Origin: Candidatus Bathyarchaeota archaeon
Lineage (GTDB): Archaea; Thermoproteota; Bathyarchaeia; Bathyarchaeales; Bathycorpusculaceae
Length of the DNA: 64,000 bases
Assembly: GCA_963772455.1 (NCBI GenBank)
Contig: CAVYXJ010000009.1
Span: forward strand, 96,001-160,000
Reading direction: 5' to 3'
The notes beneath the pieces were generated by a model. It saw only the letters and a program-made list of their open reading frames with translations. It was not told where the DNA came from and made no database searches. The position numbers were made by a program, and so were the translations under genes. Of this stretch, positions 53,182 to 62,258 are shown one piece after another. The number at the start of each line of letters is the position of its first letter. Position 1 is the stretch's first letter.

Positions 53182-53652
53182 TTACTTTAGTAAATGTCCA
53201 TTGCGATCGATTTCGCCACTTCGAATTCTAGTAGTGGAAATTGGAGTATTGTTTTCAGCTGGAACCATGTTGACAGCAACAATTTCAAGTGGAGCAAACC
53301 CAGCTTTTTGGCGTTTTTCATTTATTCTTTCAGCCATTTTTTTAGTTTCTTTACTAACAACCAAAGCTTCCAAGCCTTTACCCGATATCGTTAAACCGCA
53401 TGGATCATTTAATGGCACGATTTCAGCTCTTGCAACTAAACCAGATAATTCCAAAAAAGCTGCAAGTTCTTTTTCTCTTTCTTTATACGATGCAGTAATG
53501 TGGGGTTTGCCCATTTTTGACACAAATTCGTCGGAAGATAAACCGATGATCACTTTGTCTCCGACTTCAAATGCTCTTCCAAGTAAAGTCTTGTGTCCCA
53601 TATGTAGTTCATCGAATGTTCCGCCAACAGCGACTTTATGGAATTTTTTCAT
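53182..53652 (-). CDS. coaD: Phosphopantetheine adenylyltransferase (archaeal type)
   Basis: VGGTFDELHMGHK, LVVS.ET, IN..R, ISTTRIR.GEID. Confidence 0.92.
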   Translation of the reverse strand: MKKFHKVAVGGTFDELHMGHKTLLGRAFEVGDKVIIGLSSDEFVSKMGKPHITASYKEREKELAAFLELSGLVARAEIVPLNDPCGLTISGKGLEALVVSKETKKMAERINEKRQKAGFAPLEIVAVNMVPAENNTPISTTRIRSGEIDRNGHLLK

Positions 53653-54585
53653 TTTACCAGCCTAGCGCCTTGAAAATCTATCTTACTGACTATCACTTGT
53701 TGTGAAGGTAAGGTTTGCTTAAAAGCTTCTGCTACTGAGTTAGCGTTCTCTTCATACACTATGGCGTGGACTGCTTCGCCAATCATGTTTTGGGCTGCAC
53801 CTACAGCTCCAGCCTTCTTAGCTGAAGCAACTAGTTGGCGGGTATTTTCGGTTGAGAATCCGGCTTTTAGAGAGAAATCCCAGCAGCATTCGAGAAAATT
53901 CTCGAGGCTTGGTTCTAAAAGGATAGCTTCTAAAGTTTTTTGACCGAAACGGTTTATCTCTTGTTTTTTTTCTGGTACTGAAAGGATGTTTTTCTTTAGA
54001 ATATTTGATTTGAAAAAGCCAACTACAACTTTGTAATCAGATCTTAATGGTATGCGGTCGATCTGACAAATGCCAGGTGCTCCTGGTTTAACAACGAGTA
54101 CGCAGCCGCCGCTAAATGTCAATGAACTAACTGTTCCTAAACCAGTTTGACATTTTATTTCGGAGACGTGGGCTATTTTACCAATCTGATTATAGGTTAA
54201 TGGTAAATCTAATGCATCTTTGAGTGCCAAGCCGGCTGTTAATGCTCCTCCTGCACTTGTGCCAAACCCTGTTCCAATAGGCACTTCAATTTGGTGTTCA
54301 ATGTTAATTTTGTATTTTGTGGTGGTTTTGCTTAGGAGAGATTCTAAAACTTGCTCTGTTGTTTTCGCTTCTTTAGCTAATTTGGAATTAATATAAACTT
54401 TAATGCTGTTTTTCCGATGCTTCTTCCGCGGTTACTGTGGTTAATACTCCTTTTTCAAGCCCGAATCCTCCACCAATCGCCCCTATTTTCTCTAAATCAG
54501 CAATTGGTTTCCCTTTTTCCGTGTCGTGGATTTGGAAAAAGCTGGAGATTGCTGCTGGCGCGAAAGCTTTAGCTGTTTTAGTCAC
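53649..54585 (-). CDS. Pantoate kinase (GHMP family) with one frameshift near 54405
   Basis: AFAPAAISSFF, GAIGGG, PIGTGFGTSAGG, TGLGTV, AQNMIGE; overlaps coaD. Confidence 0.88.
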
Positions 54586-55304
54586 TATTCTTCACTTTTC
54601 TGGTTTTTCGCGGCTAATGTAGGGAAAGCTCGATAGATTGAGGCAATTATTGGCGGTCCTAGGACAAGAACAAACGGAATTTCGGTGAAGAAAGTGAAAA
54701 AGAAGGTTGATAAAGCAATAGGTATAGTGACAGGTGCACCTTGCAAGAAATAATTTAGAAAAGGAGGTACTGTCGCTGCAATTATTGCGGAACCAATTAA
54801 CATGCCTGCTATTGATCCGACTTCGAAACTGCGCCAACGTGAGTTTCTTAAAATAACTACTGGAACAAGAAATATTATGTATGATGCAGCAACTACGCCA
54901 ATAAATGCAATTTTGGTCCAATAATCTATGTTAGTATAAGCGTACCCAATATATATGAAAACTGCAGTGGCTAAACCGTAAGTTAAAACGGGGGTTTTCC
55001 AGCTTATTTTTTTCTTTGCTATGTATCCTATTAAGAAGAATGCTACAAAGTTGCTAGTTACTCCTGCAATTAATGAAAGCAATAAGTTGTTTCCAAAAAT
55101 GGCGTCGCTTATGAATATACCCACTGCAGCGCCGATTCCTCCAACGAGTGGACCAAACACCACGGCGAAGATGGCAGGAACGATAACTGGTGGCCAAAAT
55201 CGGACTCCGCCAAATGAAATAGGTAGTATTGTATAAAAAATGTAACCGACAGCCACATACAATGCAATGTTTAAAGCTAGACCGGCAACGTCAATAGTTT
55301 TCAA
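54585..55304 (-). CDS. ECF transporter S component (QueT-like)
   Basis: ALYVA, ISFGGVRF, FGP..G..GA..G..I.D; multi-TM; first gene of the PoK-coaD operon. Confidence 0.8.
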   Translation of the reverse strand: MKTIDVAGLALNIALYVAVGYIFYTILPISFGGVRFWPPVIVPAIFAVVFGPLVGGIGAAVGIFISDAIFGNNLLLSLIAGVTSNFVAFFLIGYIAKKKISWKTPVLTYGLATAVFIYIGYAYTNIDYWTKIAFIGVVAASYIIFLVPVVILRNSRWRSFEVGSIAGMLIGSAIIAATVPPFLNYFLQGAPVTIPIALSTFFFTFFTEIPFVLVLGPPIIASIYRAFPTLAAKNQKSEE

Positions 55305-55461
55305 GTTTTTATCCCTACGTTAAGTTTATCACTGAAAACTTCGGAGACAATTAAGCCTTCCGTATATAACGTTTAAACATGATTAAACAATAAAATCGGA
55401 AGATCTTGCTTAAACAAATGTTAATAATTGAATTATTTGGAAATAGAAGAAAGTGTTTTGG

Positions 55462-55809
55462 CTATTTCTTGTGCCTTTTGATTCTCTCTTGCCGCTGTGT
55501 CTTCTTGCGCCAATCTTTCTTTCGCTGAGTCTGCATTGAGAACCTTTCTTGACGGGGGACATCGAGTTTTCTAAAAGGTCCCAAATTCCGATAAAACGTT
55601 TCAAGATCAATTTTATTTTCTTTTAGGTCTTGAATGTTCTGGTTTAACTCTGTTTTAGCTTGAGCTTCGGTTGCCTTGTCGAAAGCTTCTTCATAAACAA
55701 GGTAAGCAGCGTGAAACGGGAAATTCATTGAGTCATTGTCGATTAAAAGTTTCTCAATTTGAGGGATTATTTCATTGTTGTTGTTTTGCTCGTTTGGTTG
55801 TTGAGTCAT
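55462..55809 (-). CDS. Hypothetical protein with a highly basic C-terminus
   Basis: ORF with likely ATG at 55809. Confidence 0.65.
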   Translation of the reverse strand: MTQQPNEQNNNNEIIPQIEKLLIDNDSMNFPFHAAYLVYEEAFDKATEAQAKTELNQNIQDLKENKIDLETFYRNLGPFRKLDVPRQERFSMQTQRKKDWRKKTQRQERIKRHKK

Positions 55810-56006
55810 GTTTATCCGTCTTTTGAATGAGCAATGATTGTTTTTCACACTTTTAAGGATGTGCCTATTTTGATAAAAGAAATCTTGCTTGTTCTAACGC
55901 TCGAGCAGAATTTTGCACCTAATAAATGCTTTCGAACTATGTTGAACGGAAAAGAAATCAATCATAAACGAAAAATAAAGATGGACAAAAATTGTCATTT
56001 TATTTC

Positions 56007-56451
56007 TCAGTTTGTTCGCTGAAGAAAATTCCTAATTTTTTTTGCATCCATCTCCAGCAACTCTTCGACCCTAGGCTGAGTTGGATCCCGATAAGCCTTG
56101 CCATGACTAAAACCTTCATGGGGCATCATAGGAATAATATGCACATGCAAATGGAAAATTACCTGTCCAGCCGCCCAACCATTATTCTGCACAACTCGTA
56201 TGCCTTCAGCGCCCATTGCATCCCTAACCGCATGCGCAACCCGCTTAACAACTCTGGAAAAGAAAAGCCACCTCATCCTCTGAAATCTCATAAATATTCT
56301 CATAATGTTTTTTGGGCAACACAAGCGTGTGACCCTCGTTTACGGGGCGGTTACTCAAAAACGCAATGACTTGCTCATCCTCGTAGACTACGCTTGCAGG
56401 TAATTGTTTGCGAATTATCTGGCAGAATACACATTCAGACATAGAGTCCAT
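56007..56451 (-). CDS. HIT-family hydrolase with one frameshift
   Basis: CVFCQI, GHTLVLPKKH, NNG..AGQVIFHLHVHIIP. Confidence 0.9.
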
Positions 56452-56514
56452 ACCTTTCAGCCGTTTATTTGGTGGGATATATCTTTAAATGAATTTCTAA
56501 TTTAATAATACTTT

Positions 56515-57537
56515 ATGGACACTTTAGTTGATGATATTGGCAGTTTTCCTTTGCCCCAAGGAATTGGAAGAGAAGTCTATAACAAGGCGTATGAACTTGC
56601 AAGAGATGCAATAATTAAAGGTAAAAACCCTGCTGAAGACGAATTTGTTCAAAATAATTTTTGTTCGGTAGTTGTTGATTCTTTTAAGAAAAAAATTATT
56701 TCCGGTTTAGATGTAATTAATTTTCCTCAACATTACAGTGGAATCAAACAAGTTGGTGATGCCGTTCATGCAGCTATGGAGAAGGGTTCATTTGTCGTCG
56801 ACCAAGATAGAGCATTTCTCCCAGAAATATTCGTTCTCAACCAAGAAGCAAAAAAATTAAGTGAAGAGTTTGGTAAGAAAATCCTTTTGAGAGTTTCAAT
56901 TTTTGGTCCAATCGAGCAGTATTTGTCTGAGGTTGGGACAACGGCTTTTCCCGACGTGTTAGATGGATTTGCCCAAACGATAAATCGCTTTGCAAAAAAC
57001 TCCATATTAAACAATAAGTATATCGAAACTAAGGCGATATCAATTGATGAACCAAGTCTTGGCCACATGAATCTCTCGGCAACGCCGGAGTTGGTTCGTG
57101 AAACACTGCAAAAAGCTTTTGATTTTCAAGGACCTGTAAAACAGATTCATCTGCATTTCTCGTCTGGAATACATGATTTACTTGCCGTTCAAGGTCTAGA
57201 TGTTTTGTCTTTTGAATACGCTGCGTCTCCAAAAAATATTGAATCAGTCCCAAAAAGCATGCTTGACAGTGCGGATAAGCAGATAAGGGTTGGAGTTTCC
57301 CGAACCGACATTGACAGTATCTTTGCTGAACTCTACGAGAAAGGCATCACTAAACCATCCAACGAACAATTAGTTGACTCAGTGGAGATAATAGCAAAAA
57401 GGTTCCGTGCTGCCAAGGAAAAATATGGAGAGCGGATGACGTTTACGGGTCCTGATTGTGGACTTGGTGGCTGGCCAAATCAAGATGCAGCCGCGTTACT
57501 GTTGAAGCGTACAGTTGAGGCAGTAAAAACCGCTTAA
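56515..57537 (+). CDS. Cobalamin-independent methionine synthase-like catalytic-domain (core MetE-like) protein
   Basis: DIGSFP, GP, IDEPS, IHLH, SFE, GPDCGL. Confidence 0.75.
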   Translation: MDTLVDDIGSFPLPQGIGREVYNKAYELARDAIIKGKNPAEDEFVQNNFCSVVVDSFKKKIISGLDVINFPQHYSGIKQVGDAVHAAMEKGSFVVDQDRAFLPEIFVLNQEAKKLSEEFGKKILLRVSIFGPIEQYLSEVGTTAFPDVLDGFAQTINRFAKNSILNNKYIETKAISIDEPSLGHMNLSATPELVRETLQKAFDFQGPVKQIHLHFSSGIHDLLAVQGLDVLSFEYAASPKNIESVPKSMLDSADKQIRVGVSRTDIDSIFAELYEKGITKPSNEQLVDSVEIIAKRFRAAKEKYGERMTFTGPDCGLGGWPNQDAAALLLKRTVEAVKTA

Positions 57538-57542
57538 TTCAA

Positions 57543-58406
57543 TTATTCCTGCGGTTCCTCTGGCAGAGGTGGCTGAGATACAGGCATTGTTTTCTTGGCT
57601 GGTTTCTCGCCTGGTTGACCTTTGGGTAATTCTTTGAAACCGAACGTTCCTACGGGTGGCCAACCAGCTTCAGGCATTGAGGAGGGAATTAGCATTATAG
57701 TGTTTGTACCAGCCTGTTGACCGAGTTCATAAATGATGTTCATCCATCTTAACCGTAAGCCTTGCTCGCTTGACTCATACATTTTTGCTGCTTCAATCAT
57801 TTTTGCAGATGCTTCGAACTCTGCGGTAGCTAAGGTTACTCGCGCAATCCGTTCCCGTTCAGCCTGTGCTTGGCGGCTCATTGCGTCTTGAAGGTTGGCA
57901 GGGATAATGACATCTCGGACTTCAACGGAAGTGACTTTGATGCCCCATGACTCAGTTTTCTCGTCTATAATTTCTCTCAGTCGAGCTCCGACTTTTTCGC
58001 GTTCAGCAAGCAATTCGTTTAGACTGACTTTGCCGATGACTTCTCTGAGGGTTGTTTGCGAAGCTAATTGGGTTGCTTGATAATAGTTTTCAACTGCCAA
58101 TACCGCTTTCTCCAAATCCACAGGTTTCATGTACAAAACTGAATCGACGTTCACGGGGACATTGTCTCTTGTTAATGTAGATTCTGTTCGGAATTGTATG
58201 GTGTCTAGTCTTGTTGAAATTTTTATAGGTGCTCTGTCGATTAACGGGACAAGGTAAATTAGTCCTGGACCTCTCATGCCCACGTAACGTCCTAGCCTTA
58301 AAACGGGCATGCGTTCCCATTCCCTTAGGACACGGATGCCGCTTAATAGGAAAAGTGCAACTACAATAGCTATAAAACCTATAACTGGAACTAAAATATC
58401 AACCAA
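57543..58406 (-). CDS. SPFH/stomatin (slipin) family protein
   Basis: GPGL, TRDNVPV.VD, QTTLREVIG, WGIKVTSVEVRD, QAQAERERIA. Confidence 0.93.
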   Translation of the reverse strand: MVDILVPVIGFIAIVVALFLLSGIRVLREWERMPVLRLGRYVGMRGPGLIYLVPLIDRAPIKISTRLDTIQFRTESTLTRDNVPVNVDSVLYMKPVDLEKAVLAVENYYQATQLASQTTLREVIGKVSLNELLAEREKVGARLREIIDEKTESWGIKVTSVEVRDVIIPANLQDAMSRQAQAERERIARVTLATAEFEASAKMIEAAKMYESSEQGLRLRWMNIIYELGQQAGTNTIMLIPSSMPEAGWPPVGTFGFKELPKGQPGEKPAKKTMPVSQPPLPEEPQE

Positions 58407-58446
58407 TCTTCATCCCTCAACTATTGGTATTCTAAGCTTTATGGAA

Positions 58447-58842
58447 TTAAGCTTTTTGCTCGGTTGGTTTTACCACAAGAAACATGCCATCCATACCTAT
58501 GACTTCAATGGTTTGACCATTTACTATTTCACCGTCTTTGGCTGTGGCTTCCCAGAATTCACCCATAACTCTGACTTCGCCCTTTGGCTTAAGGTCAGTA
58601 GTTGCTGTTCCAATAGCACCAATCAAAGCTTCTTTTCCAGTCTTAACACGCGTAAACTGAGCTTTAACACCTACATAGAATATGACTGCTAAAATCAAAG
58701 CTACAATAATCATTGTAACTCCAAGAGTTAATTCAACCGAAATGGCTAATCCATAATAGGTTGTTCCAGAAATTACTGCGAAAAACAGGAACGCTGCAAT
58801 AGTTACTAAAACACCTATCACGAAAGCTAAACTTGCCTGCAT
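58447..58842 (-). CDS. Short NfeD-like protein
   Basis: Two TM helices, TGKEALIG, GEVRV.GEFWEA; upstream of stomatin. Confidence 0.9.
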   Translation of the reverse strand: MQASLAFVIGVLVTIAAFLFFAVISGTTYYGLAISVELTLGVTMIIVALILAVIFYVGVKAQFTRVKTGKEALIGAIGTATTDLKPKGEVRVMGEFWEATAKDGEIVNGQTIEVIGMDGMFLVVKPTEQKA

Positions 58843-58925
58843 TCCTATTCCTGAATTATTGATAGGTTGATTTCGCTTATAAGGTATTTCTGAAATATAA
58901 AAAAAGAAAAAAGAATATTTTTGGT

Positions 58926-59075
58926 TTAGTTCCAGTGTTCATTTATGAATAATCGGAGCGATGGATCTTCTCGTGGAACGATTCTTAGTTGAGGCGTTGG
59001 GGATGGTCGTCTGCGTAGCGGCGGTGGCTGCATGGGTGATGGCGGTTCAAGTTCTAAGGGAATTTTGTTTATCAG
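58926..59075 (-). CDS. Putative 49-aa Pro-rich peptide
   Basis: CTG start overlapping the HtrA TGA stop with a GGAGG SD; (M)INKIPLELEPPSPMQPPPLRRRPSPTPQLRIVPREDPSLRLFINEHWN. Confidence 0.5.
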   Translation of the reverse strand: MINKIPLELEPPSPMQPPPLRRRPSPTPQLRIVPREDPSLRLFINEHWN

Positions 59076-60016
59076 TCTTCTTCGCCTCCGTGAACAGTTG
59101 GGATGATTGTGATTTCGATTAGACTCTCTTTGCGAATGATTGTTAATGTCGTTTCTTTATTGATAACGTCTTGTGCGAGCAGTCTTGGGAGGTCGTAGAA
59201 TTCAGTAACGGGTTTGCCATTGAATTTAATTAACACGTCGCCCATCGCTAATCCTGCTTTGCGTGCTGGAGATCCTGGTTCAACTGAGAATATCATAACG
59301 CCTGTTTCTTGATCTAAGCTTGCTGCCTCGGCGATTTCCTCTGGGATAGCGACGGTGTTGGCGATTATGCCTAGATAGCCTTTCTGGGCAATTTTTCCAG
59401 TCATTAAGCGGTCAGTGATGGCTTTAACCTTGTTTATGGGGATAGCTATGCCTCTTTGCCAAACGTAAGCTGCGTTTATGCCGATTAATCTGCCTTCTAC
59501 ATCTATGAGTGGTCCGCCGCTGAAACCTGGGTTTAACTGGGCGTCTGTTGCAATTATATTTTCCATGGCTGTTCCTCTCCAGCCGCGGATGGTGCTGTTA
59601 ACGCTTGTTACCATGCCTGAAGTGGCGGTTGACTGGTGACGGTTGAATGGATTAGCGAGAGCTAAAACGTATTGTCCTACGTTTAGTTTTTCGGAATCAC
59701 CCATTTCGATAGGTGTAAATTCTCCTTTCTCAGCTTTAAGCAATGCTAAATCATTATATGGGTCTGTGCCTACAATTTTTGCTTGAACGTTTTTTTCGCC
59801 TATTCCGATTTTGACTGTGTTGCATCCTGAAAGTACATGGTTACATGTCACTATGTAACCGTCTTTAGATAAAACTACACCTGTGCCATGTGACATTTGT
59901 GATTTTACGCTGACGACGGATTCTGAAGTTTTTTTGATTAAGGTGCTTGTTGCTTCTGAGATCGATTTTAAGATTTCTAATGGGTTAGTTAGTTGACTCA
60001 TTTGGTTTTTCTCCAA
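59072..60016 (-). CDS. HtrA/DegP-family serine protease with PDZ domain
   Basis: GTG, VTCNHV, DLALL, TDAQLNPGFSGGPL, SPARKAGL..GD. Confidence 0.93.
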   Translation of the reverse strand: MEKNQMSQLTNPLEILKSISEATSTLIKKTSESVVSVKSQMSHGTGVVLSKDGYIVTCNHVLSGCNTVKIGIGEKNVQAKIVGTDPYNDLALLKAEKGEFTPIEMGDSEKLNVGQYVLALANPFNRHQSTATSGMVTSVNSTIRGWRGTAMENIIATDAQLNPGFSGGPLIDVEGRLIGINAAYVWQRGIAIPINKVKAITDRLMTGKIAQKGYLGIIANTVAIPEEIAEAASLDQETGVMIFSVEPGSPARKAGLAMGDVLIKFNGKPVTEFYDLPRLLAQDVINKETTLTIIRKESLIEITIIPTVHGGEED

Positions 60017-60076
60017 AAGAGTATAGATGCAAAAAGGTATTTGTTGACTAAGGAATGCGTGTAGTCAGTCACAAAA

Positions 60077-60709
60077 TTAAGCTGGCATCGTGGAGCTGCT
60101 GAAGTAACCAACGTTTCGGGTCATGACATGTCGTGCAGACTGCGAGGTTATGCAGAGTTTGCCGATGTGTGACATTAATTGGTAGGAAGCTTTTAACGCC
60201 AAGTTTACGTTGTTGTTTGTTAAGAATTTAGCTTCTATATTTAGAGCAGTACCCTGGATATTTGCTGCTATTTGGATTGCACCATCTTCGGTTATCCATT
60301 TGAGAGTAACTCCTTGATTGTTTTCAGATATGCCAAACCAACGTAGCAAACCGAACCATTTGCCTTTAAGCGACAAAATCAGTTGCTGCGTCATCAGGTC
60401 TGAAGGAAGGAACGTTTGTATGAGCGGTGTTGTGGGGGTTTCTTTTTTTGGTTGACTAAGTTTTAACTCGGTTATTTTCGGAGTTACTTTGTAACCTTCA
60501 TGCACCTTTTTTATTATGCCTTCTTCTTCCAGACGGGTAAGTATTCGTGATAGCGTTTCAGGATGTAGTCCTGTTCTTCGTTTTATTCCATCAAATGTGA
60601 AAGTGGCTAAGTCTTCGGTTTCGATAAGTGCCAATACGTCAGCATCGCGTTCGCTCAAGCTGAAGTCGGCTTGTGGGTTTTGCCAATTAACATTCAGAAC
60701 AGGTATCAT
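60077..60709 (-). CDS. Winged-helix DNA-binding protein
   Basis: FTFDGIKRRTGLHPETLSRILTRLEEEGII. Confidence 0.75.
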   Translation of the reverse strand: MIPVLNVNWQNPQADFSLSERDADVLALIETEDLATFTFDGIKRRTGLHPETLSRILTRLEEEGIIKKVHEGYKVTPKITELKLSQPKKETPTTPLIQTFLPSDLMTQQLILSLKGKWFGLLRWFGISENNQGVTLKWITEDGAIQIAANIQGTALNIEAKFLTNNNVNLALKASYQLMSHIGKLCITSQSARHVMTRNVGYFSSSTMPA

Positions 60710-60928
60710 TAATTAGAGGATTGTTGAAATGTTGCTTTTGAAGGTTCCTAATTGTTTTGATAAAAAAACAAGAAATAAAGCTTATGAAGAATAACATCAA
60801 TTGAAACAAATAAACCTAATAATAATTAATAATTAACAAATATTTTCTACTTTTTTTTGTTTATTAATCAGATATCCTATTATTTTAACAATAGCCAAGT
60901 TTTTAACCTCAAATGCTTTCCCTTTATT

Positions 60929-61453
60929 ATGGAAGAAATTGAAGTCAAAGTTCTAGAAGTTAATCGGTTAAAAGTTGAGAAGATTCTCGCCAATTTGGGC
61001 GCTAAAAAAGTCTTCGATGGTAAAATTGAAACGTTGTTCTTTGACTTCAAAAAAGGTACAATTATTAAGAAAAAAAACGTTCTTCGTCTAAGAAAAAAGC
61101 AAAATAAAATAGAATTAACATATAAAAAAGTTCATTTTACCTCAAAGGCCAAAACTGCAGTAGAATACTCTGTGAGCGTTTCAAGTCTTGAGACAATGGA
61201 GAAAATTCTTATGAATTTAGGTTTATCTGTAATTGAAAGTATGCAAAAGCAAAGGGTCAGTTACAAACTTGATAATGTGCACTTTGACTTTGATCGTTAC
61301 TCTGGGAACTATGGGTTTATTCCTGAGTTTTTGGAAATAGAAGCTGAAAACACTGATTTAGTGTACAAATATGCGGCCTTGTTAGGGTTTAAAGAGAAAG
61401 ATTGCTTGCCATGGTCAACAACAGAGTTAATTGAGCATTATTCTTCAAAATAA
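60929..61453 (+). CDS. CYTH-domain protein (class IV adenylate cyclase-like)
   Basis: EIEVK, LRLRK, LTYK, K.R, FLEIE. Confidence 0.9.
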   Translation: MEEIEVKVLEVNRLKVEKILANLGAKKVFDGKIETLFFDFKKGTIIKKKNVLRLRKKQNKIELTYKKVHFTSKAKTAVEYSVSVSSLETMEKILMNLGLSVIESMQKQRVSYKLDNVHFDFDRYSGNYGFIPEFLEIEAENTDLVYKYAALLGFKEKDCLPWSTTELIEHYSSK

Positions 61454-61478
61454 CCGTTTTGGGATAGATGTTGGTCAT

Positions 61479-61928
61479 TTATTTGTGGGTGGGACCAAGT
61501 TTGACGACTTTTTGCGCCGCTTTCGGCTTTGTTTGAGGAATTGCAGAAACCTTCTTTGAAATGTTCCAAGCTGGACATACGCCATATTCTTTCTTAAATT
61601 TCTCCATGAGTTCTTTTTGTGTTATCTTTGGGTTTTCACTAACCATCCAACTTATAGACACTTTTTCAAGGTATCCTTCATTTATGAGCATTGAATTGAT
61701 TTTTCGGGTTGTCTTACCACCATATCCTGCCAGATATCCACCGAACACTCTTTTTATTGGTTTTTTGGATTTGCCAATGTACAAAATGTCAGATTCTCCT
61801 TTTCCAGTTAGTGTGCAGTCAGCGAGAACAAAAACACTGCTTTTATCAAAAGGCAGAGAAGAAAATGTGAGTTTTTTTAATGGTACGAATTCGGCAAAGC
61901 CGTTCTCTTTAAGAGTTAAAGAATTCAT
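61479..61928 (-). CDS. Hypothetical protein, GIY-YIG-like
   Basis: SVFVL...ILYIGKS...R, P.WN. Confidence 0.55.
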   Translation of the reverse strand: MNSLTLKENGFAEFVPLKKLTFSSLPFDKSSVFVLADCTLTGKGESDILYIGKSKKPIKRVFGGYLAGYGGKTTRKINSMLINEGYLEKVSISWMVSENPKITQKELMEKFKKEYGVCPAWNISKKVSAIPQTKPKAAQKVVKLGPTHK

Positions 61929-62258
61929 GTGGGCTTATTTATATTGCGAGAGATTTAACTTTTCCTACATAGACTATTGTGAACTATATACACTATTTTC
62001 AGAGCCCTTAAAAGCTACTTCAGCAAATTGAAAGCAATAGGTGTAATTTGGAATGGATAAGAGACTTCCTCTTTTCGAGTACGAAACGTTTGCGGTTCGT
62101 AGACCAAAATGTGCGGTAAACAATTATTCCATAAAGAAACGCGAACGTTAAAGGCAAAGATTTTTTTAGATTGTTTTTATGATAATATTGCAAGCGTTAT
62201 TGTGCTTATTCTTAAGGGGAAGAGGGCATTAACGATGGGATATTCCGGGTAGAAGACT

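Noticed and set aside
57543-58842. nfeD-stomatin operon
   Set aside because: A well-known conserved prokaryotic gene pair
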